Source: Ginglymostoma cirratum (Eukaryota). From it: 64,000 nt of DNA. A model generated the notes under the pieces. That model was not told the DNA's origin. It searched no databases and saw only the letters and a program-made list of their open reading frames with translations. The stretch spans positions 3,721,463-3,785,462 of the forward strand of contig JAHRHZ010000085.1 of NCBI GenBank assembly GCA_024137785.1, given 5' to 3'. Made by a program: the position numbers and the translations under genes. Numbering within the stretch: position 1 is the first letter of the stretch; every line of letters starts with the position of its first letter. Shown here in pieces: positions 54,662 to 64,000 of the stretch.

Positions 54662-54944
54662 TGCCGCCAACACCGCTGAAGATAACCCGCCTGCCCTCAC
54701 CCTTCCTCGCTCTCGTCTGCACAACAGCTGCCTTTTATCCGGGGGAATTTAAACTCGTTTGGTATAAAAATTACTCCGAAATTACATCCGGGATAAGCAT
54801 CACAAAAACGTCGAACGCTCAGGGTTTATTTCAAGTTCCCAGCGAGATCAGTCTTCCAGAGTGTGGGGTCAGTCTATACCTGCCAGGTTTCTCATATATC
54901 GCTCAGCGTCCCAGCAAATGTCAGCTACAAGGTTCCGAACCACA
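54662..54944 (+). pseudogene. Gene D: Ig C1-set exon with +1 frameshift
   Basis: LALVCTTAAFYPGEFKLVWYKN... 283 nt versus 282 in gene C. Removing one G from 54865-54868 restores SVYTCQVSHISL. Confidence 0.9.
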
Positions 54945-55807
54945 GTAAGGCTCACCAGTTTTCTGTGTTGATTTAACCAGTAATGTACAGGAACCTAACA
55001 CGGGATTTCTGTCCGCACTAATCCTCAACAGTGAAAATGCAAGGGTCTGATCCGTTCTCGCATACTTGGCACTGCAACCGAAGTTAAACTTAATGCCTAT
55101 GTGCTGAAGTATTGCTAATCGTCAGCTCAAAAATTTCCACAAGTTGCATTGCTTCCGCGCCATGCCCAGGGACTAGAGGATCCCTCGTGTGACGAGCGGT
55201 TTCCTCCCTAATGATAATAAGTCAGTCCTGAGCAAATATTTATCCTGTTAATCCACATCACAGAATCAGATGATGTGATCACTATCACATTGTTTTGTGG
55301 GGAAGCGCATACAAAATGGTTACCACATTTCCTACAATATAACGACGTGTACACTTCAAGTTGTTCCTTAGCTTTAAAGCGCTTTAAAGCGACCTGAACA
55401 GCGCTGTGTAATGCCCGCTTTCTCTTTTCCGTTAACTGGGTATTGTTAACATTAAGCACTCCATTTGAAATTAACCCAAGGACTAGAATTAGCTTTAGCT
55501 TCCCCTTAGCAGTGTCAGGCACTAAACCAATAAAAATGCAAGGGTTGAACATTCGCGGGGATCTCTGATATCCTCATGTTTAGTGCTATCTCCGCGAAAC
55601 CCGTGGAGAAAAGACTTGAACATTTTTTTAATTCTACCGCTCAGGTGCATTGAAGTAAACCCTGAGGCACGCAGTCCTGCGCCCAACACATTGATTGTCT
55701 CCAGTTCCCTCTCAAGTTGTTCTCCCTCCCTATATGTAAATTTTTGTTTCGAGTTGTTTCTCTGCCGTTCCTCATTAGGTCTCTGCGACTCTGTAACTAT
55801 CCTTCAG

Positions 55808-55899
55808 CTGACAGTTTCCACACCATTAACGTCGTCCGTTTGTTTTTGGGGGTCGTGGTGACGATATCGGGGACCGCCTTCACCGGAGATCATTTAAAG
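55808..55899 (+). pseudogene. Gene D: candidate activating-type TM exon (NxxR)
   Basis: ccttcag|(T)DSFHTINVVRLFLGVVVTISGTAFTGDHLK|gtaaga; phase-1 start matches the C1 donor. Confidence 0.65.
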
Positions 55900-57419
55900 G
55901 TAAGATGGTCATTTGTTGCTTCCATCATTGCCAGGAGATTAAAGGAATCGAAAAACATGCAGGAAACAAATACATCATCCCTTATTTGTGATATTCGTGT
56001 CTGGATGGATAAATGCGCTAGACATTAACTCGTCATTCTTTGTTTCCTTATCAACTGAGTACACACTGTAAAAAAAATGAATCCTATCACTGAACGCTAA
56101 GGTGTCGTTCAGTGTTAACATCCACCTCACACTCACTGTTACCTAGCCAGAAGTCACACGATTATAGTCCAATAGGCTTATTTGATGTCACAAGCTTTTC
56201 CGGCGCTGGGCCTTCGACAGCTGAATCCTGTCCAGGTGAATTGCAGCGCTCCGAAAATTTGTGATTTCAAGTAAACCTGCTGGTCTGTAATCTGGTGTCG
56301 TGTCATTTCTGTCCTTGTTCTCCCCACCCCCCACCCCCCAAACCAGACACGTTCATCTCGCATTCTTGTCTCACACATGCAGCACTCACTCACATTATCA
56401 TCATTCAGAAAGTGTCGTTATCGCAATCATTTTGCACTCGTTATTCAGTGTGCATGAATCTCACTTACCCAGCAGATATATGTTAATTAGTGTCGTGTTT
56501 AACAAGCGTCTCTCTTTCTGCCATTCGCCCAACCACTGTTCACTCACGTGCACCCTAATCTTTCATTGCCTGTATCTCACACAGGGATCTGTCACCCACT
56601 ATGTCTCACGTTGCCACCTCTCTCCGTAAACTGAATAAATAGTTCAGATGTTGGAGTTCTGAGAAAGAGTCACTGGACCCGAAACTTTAACTCTGATTTT
56701 TCTCTGCAGATGCTGCCAGACCTGCTGAGCTATCTCAGCAATTTCTTGCTTCTGATTAGCAACAACAGCAGTTGTAAATAGTTCAGATGTACCGTGCATC
56801 ACAAAGTCAAATCTCACATCCAGTTACCCCTTCAGAAAATCGGTCTCGGCCCGAAACGTCAGCCTTCCGGCTTCTCTGATGCTCTGCTTGGCCTGCTGTG
56901 TTCATCCAGCTCTACACCTTGTTGTCTCAGATTCTCCAGCATCTGCAGTTCCTACTATCTCTCTCACACAACGTTCAACTTGTGCAATGATCGGAACTGG
57001 TTCACAGTCCAACGACAGTTTCATTTGGAATTCAGCTAAATGAAACTGGTACTTGAGCATCACATCTTATCAACAATTTGCATTCTGACAAGTTGAAATT
57101 ACCCAGATTTTGGTTTCGAGTTTCGGGCATATTATTCATCTAAACAGACATAATAGTAAATATGGAGATAACACAGAATTTTGTCTGAGCCGGTTTGGTC
57201 CATTCCTCTTTACAGAGGCTTAAATTCATAACTTGACAATTCATCATCAATTATGAACGCACGGGCTGAAAGGAAAATGTTGCACTGTTAGAACCGACCT
57301 CCACAGCTGAAGGGGTAAAGGAGATAAAAGGTACTGCAGATGCTGGAGAATCCGAGATAACAAGCATGGGGCTGGATGAACACAGCAGGTCAAGCAGCAT
57401 CATAGGAGCAGGAAAACTC

Positions 57420-57447
57420 GACGTTTCGGGCCTAAACCCTTCATCAG
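57420..57447 (-). ncRNA. Hammerhead ribozyme motif in inverted pseudo-LTR
   Basis: Reverse complement of CTGATGAAGGGTTTAGGCCCGAAACGTC. Confidence 0.8.
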
Positions 57448-57736
57448 AAATGGGGGAGGGGAAGAGGGTTCTGAAATAAATAGGGAGAGAGGGGGAGGCG
57501 GATAGAAGATGGATAGAGGAGAGGATAGGTGGAGAGGAGGCAGACAAGTCGAAGAGGCGGGGATGGAGCCAGTAAAGGTGAGTGTAGGTAGGGGGGTAGG
57601 GAGGAGATAGGTCAGTCCAGGGAGGACGGACAGGTCAAGGGGGCGGGATGATGTTAGGAGATAGGAGATGGGGGTGTGGCTTGGGGTGAGAGGAAAAACC
57701 GGTTAGGGAGGTGGAGATGAGCTGGGCTGGTTTTGG

Positions 57737-60241
57737 GATGTCACATCCGCCACCGCCGGGCACCCCACTTCCGGGACAGCGAACGCCTCCGCTGCTGAAA
57801 TCACCGCCTCCATCACCGAAACCAACACCGTCATCGCTGCTGCCGCCGCCGACGCCGCTCCGCCCACCGCCGAAGCCGACACAACACCCGCCGCAGACGT
57901 AACTCCGCCCACAGCCGACGCAGACGTAACCCCGCCCACAGCCGACGCAGACGTACCTCCGCCCACAGCCTCCGGAGGAGACAGCAGCACTGAGCCCTGC
58001 CGAGTCTTCACCATCCCCCCAGACCTCCCCCTCACTGAGGACGAACGGTCAGTCCTCAGTAAAGGGCTCACCTTTGTCCCCCTCCTCTCACATATCAATG
58101 AATACCGCTCACGCTTGGACATTGAGCAGTTTTTCCGCCGCCTGCGCCTACACGCTGACTTTTCCAACCGCGAAACGAACCCTCCCTCTACTGACCCCTT
58201 CTCCCGCCTCCAACACAAGCCCTCCTCCTGGACACCACCCCAAGGCCTCCTACCCTCCCTCGACCTCTTCATCGCCAACTGCCGTCGAGACATCAATCGC
58301 CTCAACCTCTCTACCCCTCTCAAACACTCCAACCTCTCCCCCGCAGAACGTGCAGCCCTCCACTCCCTCCGCTCCAATCCCAACCTCACCATAAAACCCG
58401 CGGACAAGGGAGGCGCAGTCGTAGTATGGCGCACTGACCTCTACATTGCTGAGGCCAGGCGCCAACTCTCTGACGCCTCTTCCTACCGCCCCCTGGATCA
58501 TGACCCCACCCCTGAGCACCAAACCATCATTTCCCAAACCATGCACAACTTCATCACCTCAGGTGACCTCCCACCCACCGCCTCCAACCTCATCGTTCCC
58601 CAACCCCGCACCGCCCGCTTCTATCTCTTCCCCAAAATCCACAACCCTGAATGCCCTGGTCGACCAATTGTCTCCGCCTGCTCCTGCCCCACCGAACTCA
58701 TCTCCACCTACCGAGACTCAATTTTCACCCCCTTGGTCCAGGAACTCCCTACCTACGTCCGTGATACCACCCACGCCCTCCACCTCCTCCAGAAGTTCCA
58801 ATTCCCAGGTCCCCAACACCTCATTTTTACTATGGACGTCCAGTCCCTATATACCTGTATTCCCCATGCTGATGGCCTAAAGGCCCTCCGCTTCTTCCTG
58901 TCCCGCAGAACAGACCAATCCCCCTCCACCGACACCCTCATCCGCCTAGCCGAACTCGTCCTCACCCTCAACAACTTTTCTTTCAATTCCTCCCACTTCC
59001 TACAGACAAAGGGGGTGGCCATGGGTACCCACATGGGCCCAAGCTATGCCTGCCTCTTTGTAGGTTATGTGGAACAATCCCTCTTCCAGACCTACACTGG
59101 CCCTAAACCACACCTCTTCCTCCGTTACATTGATGACTGCATCGGCGCCGCCTGGTCCTCCCACGAGGAGCTCGAACAGTTCATCCAATTCACCAACACT
59201 TTCCACCCCAACCTGAAGTTCACCTGGACCATCTCCAACACTTCTCTCTCCTTCCTGGACCTCTCTGTCTCCATCTCGGGCAACCACCTAGAGACAGATG
59301 TCCATTTCAAGCCCACTGACTCCCACAGCTACCTGGAATACACCTCCTCCCACCCACCCTCCTGCAAAAATGCCATCCCCTATTCCCAATTCCTTCGCCT
59401 CCGCCGCATCTGCTCCCAGGATGAGACATTCCAATCCCGCACATCTCAAATGTCCTCATTCTTCAAGGACTGCAACTTCCCCCCCACAGTGGTCGAGAAC
59501 GCCCTCGACCGTGTCTCCCGCATTTCCCGGAACACATCCCTCACGCCCCGTTCCCGCAACAATAACCAAAAAAGAATCCCCCTCGTCCTCACATACCATC
59601 CCACCAACCTCCGGATCCAACGCATCATCCTCCGACACATCCGCCATCTGCAGTCAGACCCCACCACCAAAGACATCTTTCCCTCCCCACCCTTATCTGC
59701 CTTCCGGAGGGACCACTCCCTCCGCGACTCCCTTGTCCGCTCCACACTCCCCATCAGCCCCACCACACCCGGCACTTTTCCTTGTAACCGCAGGAAGTGC
59801 TACACCTGCCCCCACACCTCCTCCCTCACCCCAATCCCAGGCCCCAAGAAGACTTTCCACATCAGGCAGAGGTTCACCTGCACATCTGCCAATGTGGTAT
59901 ACTGCATCCGCTGTACCCGTTGTGGCTTCCTCTACATCGGGGAAACCAAGCGGAGGCTTGGGGACCGCTTTGCAGAACACCTGCGCTCAGTTCGCAACAA
60001 ACAACTGCACCTCCCAGTCGCGAACCATTTCAACTCCCCCTCCCATTCCTCAGATGACATGTCCATCCTTGGCCTCCTACAATGCCACAGTGATGCCACC
60101 CGAAGGCTGCAGGAACAGCAAATCATATTCAGCCTGGGAACCCTGCAGCCCAATGGCATCAATGTGGATTTCACAAGCTTCAAAATCTCCCCTCCCCCAA
60201 CCGCATCCCAAAACCAGCCCAGCTCATCTCCACCTCCCTAA
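57737..60241 (+). CDS. PLE polyprotein: reverse transcriptase + GIY-YIG endonuclease (open frame, native start lost)
   Basis: LSKGLTFVP, KPADKG, PGRPIVS, MDVQSLYT, GVAMG, YIDD, VVYCIRC...YIGETKR...EH...HFN. No stops from the truncation junction to TAA. Confidence 0.92.
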   Translation, partial: DVTSATAGHPTSGTANASAAEITASITETNTVIAAAAADAAPPTAEADTTPAADVTPPTADADVTPPTADADVPPPTASGGDSSTEPCRVFTIPPDLPLTEDERSVLSKGLTFVPLLSHINEYRSRLDIEQFFRRLRLHADFSNRETNPPSTDPFSRLQHKPSSWTPPQGLLPSLDLFIANCRRDINRLNLSTPLKHSNLSPAERAALHSLRSNPNLTIKPADKGGAVVVWRTDLYIAEARRQLSDASSYRPLDHDPTPEHQTIISQTMHNFITSGDLPPTASNLIVPQPRTARFYLFPKIHNPECPGRPIVSACSCPTELISTYRDSIFTPLVQELPTYVRDTTHALHLLQKFQFPGPQHLIFTMDVQSLYTCIPHADGLKALRFFLSRRTDQSPSTDTLIRLAELVLTLNNFSFNSSHFLQTKGVAMGTHMGPSYACLFVGYVEQSLFQTYTGPKPHLFLRYIDDCIGAAWSSHEELEQFIQFTNTFHPNLKFTWTISNTSLSFLDLSVSISGNHLETDVHFKPTDSHSYLEYTSSHPPSCKNAIPYSQFLRLRRICSQDETFQSRTSQMSSFFKDCNFPPTVVENALDRVSRISRNTSLTPRSRNNNQKRIPLVLTYHPTNLRIQRIILRHIRHLQSDPTTKDIFPSPPLSAFRRDHSLRDSLVRSTLPISPTTPGTFPCNRRKCYTCPHTSSLTPIPGPKKTFHIRQRFTCTSANVVYCIRCTRCGFLYIGETKRRLGDRFAEHLRSVRNKQLHLPVANHFNSPSHSSDDMSILGLLQCHSDATRRLQEQQIIFSLGTLQPNGINVDFTSFKISPPPTASQNQPSSSPPP
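57893..57970 (+). repeat. 27-nt coding minisatellite (ADVTPPTAD) x ~3
   Basis: GCAGACGTAACTCCGCCCACAGCCGAC tandem units. Confidence 0.85.
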
Positions 60242-60496
60242 CCGGTTTTTCCTCTCACCCCAAGCCACACCCCCATCTCCTATCTCCTAACATCATCCCG
60301 CCCCCTTGACCTGTCCGTCCTCCCTGGACTGACCTATCTCCTCCCTACCCCCCTACCTACACTCACCTTTACTGGCTCCATCCCCGCCTCTTCGACTTGT
60401 CTGCCTCCTCTCCACCTATCCTCTCCTCTATCCATCTTCTGCCCGCCTCCCCCTCTCTCCCTATTTATTTCAGAACCCTCTTCCCCTCCCCCATTT

Positions 60497-60524
60497 CTGA
60501 TGAAGGGTTTAGGCCCGAAACGTC
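60497..60524 (+). ncRNA. Hammerhead ribozyme motif in 3' pseudo-LTR
   Basis: CTGATGAAGGGTTTAGGCCCGAAACGTC. Confidence 0.8.
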
Positions 60525-61599
60525 GAGTTTTCCTGCTCCTATGATGCTGCTTGACCTGCTGTGTTCATCCAGCCCCATGCTTGTTGCACAGCTGAAGGTT
60601 CAGTTTAAGGTTACGGCACCTAAGTCTGTTCTGATATAACTCCAAGTATTTTGCATGGTGTGCTTCATGTTTTCTACGTACCAGATTTAAACCGGAGACT
60701 TTAACTCAATAACTTCTATCCAGTACACTATCCAATGTCCCCCATTCTTTACCCCTAGTGTCATACCCTTATCCTAACACCATTCTCGGGAGACAGAAAT
60801 ATTCCTGTCTGCCGTATCATAATATCCGCAGGTTCTTTTCGAGGAAATAATATGATTTCTTCATTTATTATCCCTGTTCAAACAAATTGATCCGATGACT
60901 GTATATGTCATCCAGTCTAGTTTGTACCACATTCATCAGAAATGCCTTACGCAGCTTAGACACCACACTTTTAGTAAAGAATTTTAGTAAAGACTCTTTT
61001 AATACAGATTCTGGTAAGTGTCGTTGATGTTCTGTATTACTAATTTTTTTTTTGCCCTGGGTCTCTTTAGGCTCTCATCAATTTGTTTATCGAAAATTGA
61101 GTATTTAGCTTCCTGGTATTAATAGCCCTCCCTGACTCTGATTTATAAATAATCCTTTTCAATTGACCTTTCTTTCTGGTTTTCGTGTACTTTTGAGATC
61201 TAATTTGGGTTATCCTGTTGTCAAATTTCATTGACTTGGCATATTAATATGATTCATTGCATATTCCCTTTCTTCTCCATTCCTTGCTCCTACTTTCCTG
61301 TTCTTCGCTAAGAATTCTGTCAAATAAAGTTTCCTATCACTGTTCATTCCTTCCCGAGGTGATGGATTCAAGTTTATTTTTGACATAACCGGTGCTGTAT
61401 GAAAAGGCTGTTATGTAATGCATTTCCTGTCTGGAATATTTCTGGTCGGTTTTCTTTGCTGCACCGCTCAGTGCTGAACTCTTGTGTGGTTGCCATTTAT
61501 TGGTTTCAGATGAGCTAGGCAGGAAAGGTCAAACCACCACTGAAGAATCTTATCATTTCTAGGGAGAAAAAAGAAACTTCCTGAAATCATCTGTAAATT

Positions 61600-62135
61600 G
61601 TAGAGTCGTAGAGTCACACAGCATGGAAACAGACCTTTCGGTTTAACCTGTCCATGCCGAACATAAACCCAGACTAAGGGTAGCCACACCTGCCTGCTCC
61701 TGGCCCATATCCCTCCAAACCTTTCCTATTCATGTACTTATGAAGTGTCTTTACACATTCTAACTGTGCCCGCACCCTTCACTTCCCCAGGAAGTTCATT
61801 CCACACACGAACCTGCTGTTAACTCTATCAATGCCCACATGATTTTATAAATCACCTCTCAAACTCAAATTCGTTCTTGTTCTTGGTGCACCTATCTCCA
61901 ATACCAGTTAGTCATATGCTGTAGTGTGGTCCCAAAACAGCTACCCCTAATATTCCTGCTGTTAACACTGAGTGTATTTAAGACAAAGATAGATAGTTTT
62001 TTTGATTAGTAAGTGAATCAAAGGTTATGGAGAGAAGGCAGAAGAATGGGGCTAAGAAACATATCAGCCGTGTTCGAATGGGGGAGCAGACTTGATGGGC
62101 TGAATAGCCTAAATCCGTTCCTATGATCTTATGGT
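61600..62135. mobile_element. Two short CR1 3'-end fragments (- at ~61600-61870, + at ~61970-62135)
   Basis: Tails resemble 9350-9600 and 2700-2940. Confidence 0.7.
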
Positions 62136-64000
62136 TACAGAATCTTACCCGCCTTTCAGATGCAATTAACTAGATTTAACCTCGGGCTAAAATCGGGTGA
62201 CAGCCAATCAGTTTTCGGTTTTGTTGAAGCGACTTCACCAAATCATCATTGTTAGGAGTAACAGAAAAATTGTTCTTGCATACCAACCCTCTGGAAATTA
62301 ATATTAACATTGTGTTTGCCCTCCTCACTGCCCATTGCTCCTCGTTCGATTCCACATACTCAGAAGTCAATTTTACACTTAATTGAGGATTGATCATTCC
62401 TTTCTGAACAGTACCTTGATTTAGTGCAGTGTCAGAGCTATCATTTGTCAGTTTCTAAATTGAAACTGGCATAAAATGGAATAACTTGCGAGGTTTGCAG
62501 CAATACCGTAAGCAAGACTTAGAAGTCGCACACTGTTTAAACTGCCCAGGTGTAGATTCCGACAATAAATCAAAAGCTCAAAACCTATGGCGCAATTTTT
62601 AAGAATTAAGTTTGAACGTCAAATTTTAAAAAAAGCTAAAGTTCAAGTTAACCCAGAAGCTTCAGGGGATTTGTTGAACTGTAGATGCACACAACATTTC
62701 CGCTTCATCTTCAATCTGTTTCTTGTTAACGGTCGCATACCTCATGACAATGTGTGATCAACTGCTCGCAAATTCAGACTCCAAAAGCCAGTGAATTAAC
62801 GTGGACGATTTCGTTCAGAGGCTGAGGAAATGGAAAACGACAAGTTGAATTGTACGCAATTTTTTTGTATTAATTAAAGGTTAATTGAAACGAACAAGCA
62901 TTTTCGATTGTTCAGCGTTGATCCATAACACGGATTTAATTTAATAATAAAAAAATCATGTCACGTGTATGCTATTGACATAGTTCTCACTCTGAGTGTT
63001 ATACACTACCTGGAATGCTTTGGAACAACGGCCCAGTCCGAGCCCAAAACAGAAAATGCCAGAAAATCTCAGCAGATCTGGTAGCATCTGTGGAGAGAAA
63101 TCAGAGATAACGTTTAAGCCCAGTGGCACTTCCAAGTAACCCGGAAAAAGTTGGTTTTATGTAGCAGGTGAATCGGGTGATGAGGGGAGATTAAGCCGTA
63201 AACGATAGGTGGAAATAGAATCCAAAGAGAGAAAAGAACAGGCGGACAAATAAAGGAGTGGGCAGCGATCAGTCCAGGAGAATGATAGGTGGGACAATTA
63301 GTGGCTAACAATGGGTTAAGGGCAATAGCAGACCATGTGATAACAAGGGCTGGTGGGTGGGTGTTGGGGCAAAGACATGGGAAAGGGTGCCTAAAAGCCT
63401 AAAATTGTTGAACTCAATATCGAGTCCAAGAAGCTATAGAATCAAGCTGTGTACTAACATGTACTCCACAATCTCCAGTAACCTGCCTCTCACCGTCTCG
63501 GATTCTGCCCATCAAGGTGTTGTATTTCATATCAAATCAGTACTGCAGTTTGTGAAGGGACTCACAATCTCCACTGGACCTTTTACTGTTAGATCAGTAA
63601 AATGCATCTCTTGTACACAATCATGTTGCAGCATTACAGCATTTATTATCACATTGTCTTGTTAAACCTGTTTTCTTTTTGGTGTGCAGTTTGCTCCTCT
63701 TTTCCCACCTTTCCCATTAGCTATCAGACCACTTCAGACAATTGCCACATAGCTTCTCATTCAGCTATGCAATCGAATCCAGGAAACTGCCCATTAACTG
63801 ACGGAGTTTCCAAAATCCATCTCAATTGAAATATTCCTAACCAGTTAGAAAATGTTCCAAACAGGAGGAGGGCTGAATGTAAGATGTTCCATTCAAGGAT
63901 ATCTAAGTCCATTTCTGGACACAGCACTTTTTCAGGTAAGCATGGATAATGTGATCTTTGGGTTCTGTGTTGGAGTGTGGTTAGTCAAATGCTTCTAGTC

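Larger units (their letters stand above)
57314..60586 (+). mobile_element. Penelope-like retroelement, 5'-truncated, with inverted pseudo-LTR
   Basis: 57314-57740 is the reverse complement of the 3' end. 12-bp TSD CACAGCTGAAGG at 57302-57313 and 60587-60598. Confidence 0.95.

Noticed and set aside
8969-55899. Interpretation as a rearranging Ig/TCR locus
   Set aside because: No separate D/J segments or RSS; the J motif lacks the FG/WG aromatic residue; the tails carry ITIM-type motifs.
57703-58434. 243-aa minus-strand ORF, plus S/P/T-rich ORFs 46-825 and 59298-60290
   Set aside because: Shadow frames of the C-rich PLE coding sequence.

Overview
Eukaryotic, intron-containing vertebrate DNA. 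The repeat families (HE1-like V-SINEs, CR1 LINEs, Penelope-like elements) suggest a cartilaginous fish, probably a shark; this is an inference. The core of the window is a tandem, same-strand cluster of four related immunoglobulin-superfamily receptor genes, here called A-D. Their shared plan is leader - V domain with a germline-encoded J-like GxGT motif (NKp30/SIRP-like) - C1 domain - TM - cytoplasmic exons. Copies A and C end in tyrosine-motif (ITIM-type) tails. Copy D has a different TM exon with an NxxR activating-type motif, so this looks like a non-rearranging, antigen-receptor-like paired receptor family. All four copies carry disabling lesions in this sequence; D is closest to intact. 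The cluster is bracketed by two near-identical Penelope-like retroelements. One has an uninterrupted RT + GIY-YIG frame, an inverted pseudo-LTR and a 12-bp TSD. Their termini and many short solo or foldback derivatives carry minimal hammerhead ribozyme motifs. A decayed, apparently single-ORF LINE with a tRNA-like 5' head lies in an intron of gene C. Exon coordinates were read by eye from splice signals; repeat boundaries are approximate.
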